In this document: positions 48,761-61,558 of the stretch, one piece after another
Position numbering within the stretch: position 1 is the stretch's first letter
Layout of the letters: each line of letters starts with the position of its first letter
From: Microbotryum violaceum
Lineage: Eukaryota
DNA length: 64,000 nt
Direction: 5' to 3'
Assembly (NCBI GenBank): GCA_001244265.2
Contig: LN717261.1
Span: 2,247,591 to 2,311,590 of the forward strand
Program-made: the position numbers and the translations under genes
Notes under the pieces: generated by a model
The model's database searches: none
The model's input: only the letters and a program-made list of their open reading frames with translations
Told to the model about the DNA's origin: nothing

Positions 48761-50400
48761 ATGTATGGTTCATGCCTCAATAAGGAGCATGTCAAGATGA
48801 TCCAACAGATCTATTCGACCGCCGAACAAGGTACGACTCGCACTGACTACACACGCCTGCTTCAGAGCTTCTCAAGCCAAATCCTCACTCCCTTCTCTTC
48901 CGGCCCTGACTAACAATTCTCGTTCACACATGTACAGACCTCCGCCCCTGCGGTCCCGCAGTGCTTCAACTCTTCAACTCCATCAAGCCTCTCTACATCG
49001 GTCATCCCCCTCAAGATCCTCAAGATCAACATCTCGAGCTTGAGCAGATCACCTCTTCCCTCATCCGTTTAGCAGATGAAAGGATCCTTTCCTACCACTA
49101 CAAGGACGTGCCGACCTGTTGGAGACAACTTCATACGGATGCGAGTCTACTCCAAGCTATTCTGACCGTTGTATCTTATATGACCGACTTGACACCGGAG
49201 GAGCAAAAGTCGAGATTCCTCAAGACGATTCGTCAGTTGGATTTGGTCATCATTGTCGCTGGGGCTCCTGGGCAAGGGAGGTATGAACTCGTACTCGATC
49301 TCATTAAACGTATTCAAAAAAGGTATACCAAAGTCAGGGACGACAATCAACCGAGGCAGTCCCCTGCGAAAAGGCGAAAACTTTCCGAGGACAACCGAAA
49401 AGAACAAGCCAAAGCTCGACCAAGGATCCCTTCTTCACCTATGGTCGACCACCCAATCATAAGCCTCCGTAGTTTCCCTTCCTTCGAATCCTATCTCGAG
49501 CTTTACCACAAGGAACCTTTCATCGTCTCGGGAGGAAGCCTCGATTGGCCTGCAAACGAACTCTGGTGCGATCAAAAGTATCTACAAGAGAAAGCCGGCG
49601 TCGGCCGGTGTGTCCCTGTCGAGGTCGGCAAGGAGTATACGGAGCGGGAGTGGCGGCAAGAGATCTTACCTTTTGAACAAGTCTTGAATTCAGTGTTTGA
49701 GGTGTCCGAATATCGACCAATGACCCGAGTCATACACAGTGACGGCCAAGTAACGTCGAGGTACAACTTGCCAAAGCCCGTCCATTACCTCGCCCAACAT
49801 GACCTCTTTCGACAAATTCCCGATTTGAGGAACGATATTCTCATCCCCGATATTGTGTATAGCGCGCCGCCTGAAGGTTCGAAGGAGTGTCCGGAGTATG
49901 TGTCGCCAAAAAATGAGGATGGGTATGTGCTGAACGCGTGGCTTGGACCGAAGGGGACGCTCAGTCCGGCGCATACGGATCCTTATTACAATTGCTATGG
50001 TGAGTTGGACGGGCAGAGCAGCATTTCCGCTGTAGTGTATGCCACTGATCAAAGGGAAGCATCTACAGCTCAAGTCGTAGGTTCGAAATGGATTTGGGTC
50101 GCACCCCCTTCCTGTTCCCCAGCCATGTCAGCCTTCGGCCTCTCCTCCTCAACCGAAGATCCCACCTCCGATGAAACTGAAGACGACGACCAATCCCCTC
50201 ACCACTCGCACCTTCTAACCAACACGTCCCGAATCGACGTTTCCTCCCCCGACACATACGACGCGGCCTTCAAAGAACAAGTCGTACCCTTTGCCCAACA
50301 AGCGGTGTTGCAAAAAGGCGACGTGTTGGTCTTGCCTCCGGGTTGGTGGCATTCGTTGAAAGGGCTGGAAGTGAGTTTCAGTGTGAGTATTTGGTTTTGA
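48761..50400 (+). CDS. JmjC-domain protein, JMJD5/KDM8-like
   Basis: Motifs: VPVEVGKEY; YLAQHDLFRQIPDLRNDI; NAWLGPKGTLSPAHTDPY (HxD); QVVGSK; LPPGWWHS; SFSVSIWF. Confidence 0.92.
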
Positions 50401-52174
50401 GTGAGTGAGGATGGGGGTGGAGGATTGAGGGATTTTGCAGATTGCGCTGTTATTGGCATGGAAGTTGGACTTCAAGTGGGGCATTGTTCGCGCGGAGGTG
50501 TCTCCCAACAATCTGTATTGTCCGATGGGCAACTGTACATTCCGACCTGTCCACAAAACAATTTGACATCTTGAAATGCATCTATCTTCTTACAATCAAG
50601 CCGCTTGAAGCTGCTTGATTAACTTGCCCTCGCGCGGAATTGCCTTATGATTATTCCATAGATCTCAATCCTTTCCCCCATTAGAGAACCACCAAGGTCG
50701 ACTATAGTTGACGTCACCTATTGACCCTTGTCGCCAGAGGCCATAAAGTTCTTGGTGTTCGCGCGATAGGTGAGGGAGGACCCAGGGGCTCTTGAGCTGA
50801 GGTCGATTTGGTATTGCTCGATCGGCTTTTCGGAGCGTTTGAATTGGCGCGAAAGGTCTTGTAAGGGAAGAGACGACTGAACAAAGCGATGATAGCCTTA
50901 TGGTTCGTGAGTATCGCGGTGGGATTTCGGAACCTCAAGTCGGCGTCGGCGTCTTGCCGTGGACTCAGCCGGGGTAAGCTCGTTTCCTTGACGATCCGGC
51001 CGATTATGGTATGCATCTCATTCAGCTACTCCTATCTCCGCCGTCTTTTGATCCCTCCTGTTGCGCACCTGAGCTCTTCGAAGAAGATCGTTTTGATGTC
51101 CAGCTCGACGGAATCCTGCCCTCGCACTACCGCATGGTGGACCCCTATAAAGATCCCGGTCATCCCATGCGACTTCAGTTTCACTTTGTCACCAACATGA
51201 AAGATCGCCGGCCTTGGTGGAGGCTAGTTGATCCAGGTTCCGAGTGTGTAAGCCAACAAGCCGAGGCAGTGGAACGAGACCTACTATCGCAAGCTTCATT
51301 CAGCGTGGCCAAAAAAAAACTGGTGCTAGCAACAGACAAGTTATACCTTTCGGAATGCCTCCTTAGGCCAGTACGATGTCTCAAGATGTATCAGGTGCGG
51401 TACGATCAGGAGTCTAGAGCCGCCCGCCGAGCCAGGTGCACTGGTGTCGAGTAGCGTGCCAGGGGCTCCGAGCGGGGGCGGGCGCGGCGGCAGCGGCGAT
51501 CTTGACGTTGACAGATTGCGAGGGTCTTACTACCTCTAAATACCTGCCCTTTGGAGTTGGGGTATATCCTACAGGAGCTTGAAATGTGGGAAACATCGAA
51601 TTTCCGCCGCTTTGGAGGCGGCAGGCCACTACACTGACAGGCGCGGCCGCCGGCGGAAAAGGGGCCCGCCGTCGAGCCACTTTGCTTTCACTCAGCAATT
51701 TCGTCACTACACATCGGCGCGTGAGCCCTATGGGCTCCGCATGGGCGCGTCTAGTTTCTGGCCTCCGCCTGGAATTCTTGCGGGCTCCATAATGCAATTC
51801 AATCTGGAATCCATATGGGTGACTTCCGTCTGGGCCCCGCGTTGAATCCATGGAGACTCCGTGAGCTTGGCCCACGTGGCCTCCGGGTTGGAGACCTGTA
51901 CGGGCACCATTGGAGATCCGTGCAGGTTCCATGGAGCTCGACATGGATCCGCCGCACGGAGGGGCCGCAGGTGTCCCCGGTGGACTCTCTATAGGCTTGA
52001 TTTGGTGGACTTTATAGGCTCGATGGAGATATATTTCAAGGAGCCCATGGGTTTACGCTACAGAGCCTTTATGGTCACCCGGCCAGGTGCGATATGGATT
52101 CCTTGTGGCAGCCGCGAATACTAAAATTCACTATTCTCAACATCAGGGACTGTCGGCGATAGGAGATCTTTGCT

Positions 52175-53340
52175 TCATGGCGTCCGAGCTGAAATTCGGC
52201 GCCTGGAGGACCTCATATGACGGTCCTCGCGGCAGGAGAGAGGTTTATGCTGAGACTGACTTTCGGGGACGAGGTGCCGGAGGAGTTCTCGAGGGAGCAT
52301 CATCAGGTTAGGACTGCGAAGCAACTGAAGCTGGACTTGAACTGTAGGGTTTCTTGAGAAGGGTAAGGAATGTAATTGCAAAGGAGTGTTGTAGGAGTAT
52401 GAGGTATTGGTATGAGGATGAGTATGAGTTGTTGCTTGCAGGAAGCAAAATTGAGAAACTATCCCGGCGAAGCGACGAAATCTGATATTATTCCGACAGT
52501 ATTAGGGGTAGCTCCCTGAAGGAATCAAACAGTATGGTGTGCTTGCACAACGCTATGATTTTTTCGCATCGCTTGGCGGAGCTGTAACCCCTGCGGCCCT
52601 GCCACGCCATTGGACTCGATCTCTCATTTCGATCAGCCGCCCCGCACGCCTCCCCGCGCCCGCAAACGCTCGGACCGCGTTTTCGAGGAAATTTGGGCGG
52701 TTTTTGGACATGTAGAACACATTCTAATATCGCTTCGAGGTGCGTGGGAATTTGACATGTTTGGGCCAAAGGAGGGTGTAAAAGGCTGGCAATGAGTTCA
52801 GAAAAGTGCGTTTTTCCACCATAGGCCTCTGTGCGACCGGGCTTTTGGCCTGACAGGCCCTGACTTGCTGACTCGGGAGGACTCGGGCGACTCAGGAGTC
52901 AGGTTGCTCTGACTCGAGCGTGCTCCGCGTTGCTCAGTGGTCCGCTACCTGCCGCGTTCGGTACCTCTTCCACATGGCACATGTCCCACACCGCTTGCCC
53001 AGACGCTTAGAAACAGAAGAAGATGCCGTACTTCGAAAGGGTTAGTGTTTGAGTCCTTGATCGACCGCTACAGGTAAGTGTGGCTGCTGGTTGCGGCAGG
53101 GCCGATTTCCGCCGGAGACTTACGCTTGGCTGCATTCGTACAGAGTTCCTCATTCACAGTTCTTCCGTTCGATCCATTATCGGTTACCAATGTCAATATT
53201 GTGTCTCGAGACGCATGCGCAGAAGCCATGCGCTCAAGCATGCCGCTTCGGCCAGACACCGTGCGAGAGTCCCCGTGCTTGGTGACATCGCAGTGCTTCT
53301 TCCAACACCATGGTAAGCCCACCTCACCTGGTCTCAGCAC
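52175..53340 (-). pseudogene. Possible hAT transposase remnants
   Basis: ILTLVTDNGSN (~53200-53170) resembles the hAT TDNxxN motif. PNLMMLPRELL...SSRRRISART (~52310-52180) weakly resembles the hAT dimerisation domain. The two are in the correct order. Highly degenerate. Confidence 0.4.
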
Positions 53341-56125
53341 GATTCGTCTACTCCCAGCTCAAGTCGCCCCCTTTCCGCAAGAAGTGCTCGAACTGACCGG
53401 ACCGGACTTGCAGTGACACGTCGTCCTCCCCTCCAGCGCACGAGCGTCATCGGTCCGGCGCGATGAAGGTGGTGCACCCCCGATGTCCTCCGCCTCCCGC
53501 ACTCCTCGCACGGTCACCGCTCTCAGCGACATCACCAAGAACCTTGTCGACACCAAAACCGACCTTTCGGCGGGCAAAGAAAGAGTCCCTGCGAAGGCTC
53601 ACCAGCGAGCCCCCTCGAACAAGGCCAAGCCCAGCCAGGCCGCCGCCGCGACGGCCTCTCACTTGCCAAACCTATCGAGCCGGTCAAGCCTGGGGAGCCT
53701 GGGAAGGTACGTCAATCATACTACGGGCCGGAACTCGGACACTTTTTTGTCCAGAGACTCTTGGGGGTACCAGTTGAATTTACATGCGTGCCTCAAACAG
53801 ATTGGCGGAGCGGCGGATGAGGTTGCTCACACCAACATGCGAGCGAGTTTGAGCAGCCCCCAACAGGTCAGCTCAACTTTGCAGACATCTCGTTGACGGC
53901 GAGGCTGAACGCTACATCGATACTGATCGACTCGTGATCTGTTCTGCGGGGAAAGGCAATCCGCCCATGCAAGCCCAACGATGCCGCCTCCAGCATACTG
54001 ACCGGCATGGGCATCTCTGCTTCCCTCCACATGTTGTGTTGCGCTCAAGTGAGTGGGTTTTTATGTGTCATGACGGCCGTCTGTGCCGCTTCTAATTTGG
54101 TCGTTTGTTGCCTCTTAGGCCTTAGTCGAAGATGCAGAGTTGCGATCTCGACCCGGTCTACTGCGTCTCTGCCTTCTGCAAATGCGAGGTCAACATGAGC
54201 TCCAGAGGGTTGTCGAAACACTCGGGGAGGAGATAAAGGCACTAAGGAGTACGGTGACGAAGCAGAGCGTGGACAACTTAAAGGTTCGTGCACTCTTGTC
54301 GCGTTTGGAAGCCTCACGTTTGAGAGGAGAACGGAGGCTGACCGCGTCATGAAACCCTCGACTCTTTGCCACAGCGCAAGGTGGCCCCTCTGGCCAAGAT
54401 CTTTGTCGCAACACCGTTTCTCCTGACCTAGCTGAAAGGAGCGCCGATTTTCGCGGTGAGGGTTCTTTCCTCCATTTCCGTCACCCGACCCGCATATTAG
54501 GGTTCACTGACGAGGCAAGCTCGCTCGCCCGCAGGAAGCGTTGCTGCGTTTTGGCACCGTCCAAACAGATTATTGGAACGCCAATCCAGACTTTCATTCC
54601 AGCGCGTTGTCACTTTACGCATACGTCCTCTCGACCGCTCGCTCGGACCTACGCAAGTTAGTGAGTGACTTGCCTTCCCTTGGTCGATCCGTCGCCTCGC
54701 CACTCGGAGCCTTATTGATTGCGCAAACCTGGGCGTGGTGCGCCCCATTCTCGCGAATAGATTCGCCGAACGCACCTGGACGAGATTGACATCGTTCAGG
54801 CTTTGCAGATCTGGTACAAGGACCATCCGTTGGCGCACACAGATGAGCACCTGGTGTGGTGGTCGGTGTTGGTCAGTCACGGCAACTGAGATTTGCCCAG
54901 CTTGCTCGCGCTTAATTGTGACGCGCCTCCGTTGGTCTGCAGTGTGTTGTCAAGCGCCACGAGGGTGGAGAGAAGAAGCGCGAGTACTGGCAGGTGCACA
55001 GCACCGTCGCGAATGACCTCGCGACCAAGGCGGGCCAACATCACGGCTCCAAAAGGTACTGCCCCGATGGGATGTTTGACTGCGCTACGTACGTGCGCTA
55101 CGTACGTACACTCGTACCCTCTCGACATCAACGAGCATGGCGCCAGCTGATCAGGCAGATTTACTTGTTTGAATATGTTTCTCGCCGGCACCGTCCTTAG
55201 GCTGTACTACCCGGAGAGCCAGCACCCCAAGATGATGCAAGCCAAAGTGTCGACTACGGACTCGTCGTTCCAGGCGGTTCGCACCTTGGTCCTTGGGACA
55301 TACCAGCCCTCCGCCGACTTCCGGCATCTCGTCCTCGTGAGTACACACCCGCTCTTCCGGCATCCACATCGCTTTTGCGTCGCCACTGACAGTCGCGTTC
55401 CATCCCCACTGGACATTGATGCGACAGGATCGGGCGCGAGAGATGGCGGAGGGGACGTTGAAGGGACAAGACGAATTGAAGCATGGCGAGTGAGTGGACA
55501 TGGATAGGGTGACAGTAGCGATCGACACCCGATCTTCGATGGGTGTTCCGGCATATGGGATGCGAAGGTTTGGTCTCGCTGTTCGTGCTTGGGTAGGGAT
55601 ACTTTTCATGGCATATAGTGTTGCAATGTGTGTTTATGTACCTCGTCGACATTAGCCGTGCCAACAAGAGTGCTGCAAGGCCATATTGTGGTGTAACAAT
55701 ACCAGATTCTGGATGGAGTCGACACGGGAGCTGTTCTTAGTCTCTACGGAGTCTTTCAGGTCACTCACTGTATGGGGCAAGTATGGCGGTCCACACAGAG
55801 CCCGTAAGGAGACTCGCACAGACACTCTGCGGGCCCAGCTATCACTCAGTGCAGCCTCCGTACGGAATCCAGGTTTTGGGTGCGTATGGAGTCTGCGAAT
55901 GTATTGTAATCTCCCCGTCCGGGCTCCATGCCGCCGAGCCGCCTAGGCGCCGGACGGCCACCCTATGGGCGCCGCGTTTCGAGTGAAGTTCGCGCGCCGA
56001 TGTGTAGCAGCCACTGGCCGAAATCGGCCCGGGCGAACGCATTCACTCAGCTTTCCTTCGCTCGATCACCTTCTCCCTACCCAATCCATCCCGTCCCTCA
56101 CATGCTCGCCTGTCTGTTGTACATA

Positions 56126-57446
56126 ATGCCAGAACAATACACAGGTAGGTTCAATCGACTGAACTGACCGAAATGTCCACGCTGGAACATTGACCCTTCC
56201 TCCCCACATGCGGTCCCTTTCTCCTCCGCTCGCTCCGACTTACCCATCGCTCGCTCATTCCTTCGCACATGGTCACCACGCTCAAATAGGACCTCTGAGC
56301 GGCTATCGCAAGGGCGAGCTCAAGGAAATTGTATCTGCGATGAACAATGGCATTGACACGACCATCATCCGCGCCGAACGTACGTTCTCACTTCTGAGCC
56401 TTTCGCGCCTCTCTCCCTGACAAATCTCGTTGTTGACTCGATGCAAATCTACCTTGATGGGTTTTCTGCCCTCCATCAGTTGAGAATCATATCCGCAAGG
56501 CCCTTCGCGAAAGGGAGAGCTTGCGCACCGACAAGCAGTTCAAGGGTCTGTGGGACGCTTTGCCCGAAACCGAACAGAACATCGAGATCAACACCCTTGG
56601 CGAAGCGGCTTCCCAAGCCGTCTCGGCCATCAAGTCCATGTCTCGTAACCCGAAGAAGAGTCTCACCAAGTTGGCTTCCAACGTCTCGACCCCTGTCGGA
56701 GACGTCTTGGCCAGCGTCGAGAAGCAAGCCAAGGCGCTCGTTCCTTCGAAGGAGACGCCGGCCCGCCTCAGAAAGTCGCACAATGACACCGTCACCGTCT
56801 ACCGCCGCAAGAGCTCGATGAACCTCCGAGAAGCCGCGTCCCAGGCCCGTGAGGTCGTCGCCGCAACGCAGGAGATTGCCTCGTCGGCTTGGACCATCAC
56901 CTCGGTCTTGATCGCCGCTGAAACCTCTTACCTCGCCTGGTCCGCCATCCCCTGGGGTGCAAAGGTGAGTCGCAGTGATGGGAGAATCTGCTAGGGCCAA
57001 ATCACTGATCTGCCCGCCCCTTTCATTTCCCCTAGGCGTTCGGCCCTCATGAATGGCTCACGCGCTCAGCGACGCCCGCCTTCGTCGTTCGATACCCCGA
57101 TGTCTTGGTCCTGGCGCACCCGACTTTCACGCACGCGTTCCTCAAGTGGTCCTTCTTGACGATCCTCCTCCCCTTGATCGCCTCGGTCGTGCTCGCTTTC
57201 CCGCAAAACTCCAAGCACACCTCGGGTCGACCCGGTCGTCGTTCGGCGAACCAGGACGACGTCTCGGCTCCCAACCCGCTCTCGTTCGCATTGGCACGTA
57301 CTTCGATCGTCTTCTTGAACGGTTACATCTTTTCCCGTGCCGTGAGCAAGATTCACTGGTCGTTCGAGGCCGTTGAGGGCTACCCTGCCATCTCTTTGCT
57401 CACGAGTGCTCTGTCAGCCGTCTTTGCGGCTTACGAGCAAAAGTGA
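56126..57446 (+). CDS. Hypothetical membrane protein with an N-terminal SAP/HeH-like helix pair and C-terminal transmembrane helices
   Basis: The spliced reading is MPEQYT|GPLSGYRKGELKEIVSAM...RAE|LENHIRKAL...FKGLW, followed by hydrophobic segments (WSFLTILLPLIASVVLAF; NPLSFALAR; SAVFAAYE). Introns are canonical. Confidence 0.75.
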
Positions 57447-58500
57447 GCTCCTGCTCCACGGCTTGGCGGTGAGGTGTGAATAGTAAAGAGAGCTTTCATT
57501 CCACCTTTCACTCCCTCTGGATATACTTTGAAATTTGGAGGGATTCTTTCTCTTGCTCTTGTATCCGCTCATCCGAATTCGTCTATCGTCGACACCTCAG
57601 GCTCCTGTTGACACGCTTCCCCCGCTTGACTCTTTGAGATCCTAAGAATTTGAGAGTTTTGTAATGCAAATATATCTTCTCCATCCTCTTCGCTTCGACA
57701 TCTCCTCGAGTGCGTCGTACACTTGAAGAAGCACCACGCGGCCGAGGCTCTCTTCGACCCGCGCAGGTGCTGCGTTTATGCAGTGCTGAGGAGGAATACA
57801 TGATTCGTGCGATTAGTCGACTCAAAAATTGGTGAGTAATCACAAGGGGTAGATCGGCCCGAGTGATGGTACCCCTTTAGTAGGTAGCGCATGATTTTGC
57901 AGAAGTGATGATCCGGGCTAATTCTCCTCCGAGTCACCCGAACGTGGCGTGTGGCGTGACGAGCCTCACCGTGACCAAGGGTGCGTGTGCGGCCTCCACG
58001 GTGCCAGAATGTTCTAACATTCGGCCCTCGAGTGTATGGCGATAATGTAGCATGGCAAGGTTCTAACCTTAGTTCTACACGGTTCTTATTTCCCTGCTGA
58101 GTTTCTTTTGAACATCCGTTCGCCGCGCTCCGAGTCATCGCTTTCCCAAAGAGGAGACCTCAGACGACCCAGTTTGCCCAAAACGGCGCCGAGGCCACGG
58201 CCGCGCGAGCCGACTGAGTTGAGTCAATTCGATCGATGTTCACATGAATCTCGCGGGACTCGAATCGGGACCCACAACAGGACAGCTCGTTGCTTTTTAT
58301 CCGAACCGGTTTTTCGAAGAAGGTTGCTTCACTCCCCTCCCCTACTAGTACTCTTGAACCGGAACCGACTGAATTTGCAAGATTCGTTTCCGGCGAGCTG
58401 GTGGTGCTACTTACCTCGGACTCGCCAGTCCGACGCTCTTTTCATCCCACCATACCTTACCTGACGTTCATCTTCTCATCTCGTACACCCTTTAAGCAGG

Positions 58501-60833
58501 ATGCAATACCTCCAGAACAGCGAGACGCACTCCAAGTCGACGGTCGAGTCGTCGCTCAAACTGCACAAGGGTACGTCATACGCACGGGTCGCATCTGTCT
58601 CGGACATCAGTGCATCAGCACCCAACTTCCGATCGCTCTGACGGCACATCGTTCCGAGCGATGTGCTGACGAATTTCTTATCTTCATTCCATGGGTTGCT
58701 TTTACCCGCGTTCAGTCGAGACTGTTGCACTCGAAGGTCATATCGCCACTGACGTACATGGCCATTCGTTGATTGCTATCGACGAGAAGGCCGAGGCGGC
58801 GCTGCGGTGGAAATTGGATCTTCACATCTTGCCCGTGGTGGCGGTGCTGTACTTGTTCTGGTGAGTACAGCGGGTCAATAACCTGCACTATTCTGTGAAA
58901 TGTGCTCATGGGGGCTTGCGGTCGCACTCTCAGCTTCATCGATCGAGCCAACATTGGAAAGTAAGTCAAACACTAGGAGCAGGCGCTGCCCACTGCCGCC
59001 GAATATGCTGAACTCGTGTCCTCCGTTCTTACAGCGCTCGTGTTGCAGGTCTCGAAGCCGACCTCAAAATGACGGGCAAATACGACTTCAACATCCTCCT
59101 CAGTGCAGTCTACGTCGCTTTCGTCTTCTGCGAGATTCCTTCCAACTACTTGTGCAAGGTCATCGGTCCAGCGATCTTCATTCCGGCGTTGTCACTCGGG
59201 TTTGGTGCCTTCTCACTCGCGATGGCTTTCGTTATGACGTTCAAGAGTGGAATTGCGATTCGTTTCATGCTCGGAATATTTGAAGCGGGAATCTTCCCCG
59301 GTCGGTCCCTCCACAGCTCTCAAGCGCCCTTCCCCCGATCTCCCGACTGACGATGACCTTCTTCGGCTATTCTGACACCAGGTATCGCCTACTATCTCTC
59401 TCGCTGGTATCGCAAGGACGAGCTCGGATTTCGCCTCGCTCTGTACATCGTCTTTGCCCCTCTCGCAGGAGCGTTCGGAGGCATGTTTGCTGCCGCGTTA
59501 CTGATGATCCCCAAATTTGGGATGGTGACGTCGTGGCGCATGAGTGAGTCGAAGCTAACTCTCCTCAAAACAAAAACAAAAACCCACCAAAAAAAATCTC
59601 ACTCCTATCTTCCTATCATTCATGTGATTCATAGTCTTTTTTGTCGTGAGTCACTATCCCAGCGCTATGTGCCTGCGCACTCTTTCGCGCCCTCAACTGA
59701 GGAATACTGTCCGTCCGCCGGTGAAATAGGAGGGACTTATGACGATGACAGTGGCAATCATCGCATTCTTTCTCCTCTCTGATCGTCCTGATACCGCCAA
59801 GGTGAGTATGTGTGTTGTCAATTTCTAGGAAAGAAGGAACGGCGGTCACTGATATGATTTACACTTTGCACCAACTTTTCAGTGGTTAACGCCCGAAGAA
59901 AAGGCACTTTGCGCAGCGAGGAGCAAAAGTGAGAACGTCGGCGCAGCTGTTGTTGTCGACGAACTCAAGACCCAGGTCTTCCTTTCAGGCATGTTCAATA
60001 CAAGTAAGTTCCCGGTTCTTGGATGTAAAGGGTGACTATCGATCACTGATGGTAACTCCACCTAAACTGTATTTACGCAGCTTCAATCGTCGTCGCCGTC
60101 ATTTTCCTTTTGACCAACCTCACCGTACACAGCCTTAGTTTCTTCCTCCCCGCGATCGTCAAGACCATCTTCCTCACCATGAGCGTGATCCACCTAGAAC
60201 TGATGACGGTCCCCGTCTACGTCGTCGGAGCTATCATGTCCCTCCTCCTGCCTTATCTCTCCTGGAAGACCGGTCGAAGAGCCTTATGGATGACGCTCTC
60301 CGCGCTTCTGATGATCGTAGGTTATTCCATCTTCGTCGCTACGAATAACCCTAGCGCACGTTACGTAGGATGTTTCTTCATCGCTTCGGGTACTTTTGCC
60401 TTGATTTCATTTTCGAATACTTGGTCAGCGATTAATACGACTTCGGATACGGCTAGAGCAGGAGCGATTGCTATGACGGTCTTTGGTGGGAATTTAGGTG
60501 GGGTAGCTGCTACTTGGTCGTTCTTACCTCAGTGAGTTTTCTCAACGATCGAAAAGCACACCTTTCTTTCAGGGTACTACACACCATTATCAGACCTGAC
60601 CTTTTACACCTCTTCACGTTTGAAGATACGCACCCCATCAACTCCCAGGCAACGCTCTTAACTTAGGAACGTCGACCGTACTCCTGGTTTTGACCCTAGG
60701 TTTATGGGCCTGGCAAAACCGACAGAACGAACTTCGTGAACAGGGGAGTTTGAATTATTTGTTGGAGGGTAAAACGAGAGAAGAGGTGGCGGCGATGGGG
60801 ACGAAACATCCGGGTTTTAGGTTTAAGACTTGA
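58501..60833 (+). CDS. MFS transporter, anion:cation symporter (allantoate/nicotinate permease-like) family; many exons
   Basis: Motifs: KLDLHILP..AVLYLFC|FIDRANIGN|AR; EIPSN; RFMLGIFEAGIFPG; SRWYRKDELGFR; WRM|IFFV|EG; LPAIVK; TVPVY. Ends HPGFRFKT*. Confidence 0.93.
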
Positions 60834-61558
60834 AAAGAGTGGGGAAGGGTGGGGTGGGGGGGGGGGGGGGGGGGGGGGAGTGGGGGATCGGACGGGGCAA
60901 TTCGTTGGGGTTGGGTCACGGCTGCAGGGAACGAAAGTCGAGTTGAACCCCGAGGTAATCCCCCCTCCGAGGATATACTTACGCGATTGAGTGGCGCGCG
61001 CGACTGCAGTGGGCCGAGGACTGAGCTTGATCAGATATGGACACGCCTTAGGCCGTAGCATATATGAATTTAGATGAATGTAGTTGAACTCAATTTGTAC
61101 AGCATCGGAAAAATCGCAAGGTGAGCTCGGCTCCCCTCGTCATTATTGGAGCTGGGAACTTGAGCGCGGCGCTGAGCGCGGTGCAGGTGCAGTGAGATTT
61201 CCGCCGGTGGCAAATTGGCGCGTATATTATGTACTTGAAAGTGAATTGCATGATTTTGGTTAGAGTCTTTGTTTAATCAGGAGTTACCCTTGAAAGATTA
61301 GAGAGCGTCTACGACCCGTCGCCGAGCCATCATCGAGCCCTGCACCGTGACTAGCGGTACAACGGTGCCGGCCCGGCATGAAACGAAGCGGATCGAACAA
61401 GCGCGAACACGTCAAACGACACGTCAGCCGAAAAAAAGGACGGGCACCTGCCGCGCGATTTCGATCCCCTTCTTCTTTCACTTGGCCTCCCTCTCTCTCG
61501 CCTTGACACACAGACCCCGTCTCGTGTCGGTTGCTAACCACTATCCACCGAGTGCACC

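Noticed and set aside
50700-51454. ORFs downstream of the JmjC gene
   Set aside because: Fragmentary, with no recognisable family.
60841-60898. Poly-G tract and ORF 60849-61058
   Set aside because: A homopolymer in the MFS 3' region; the ORF is a low-complexity artefact.
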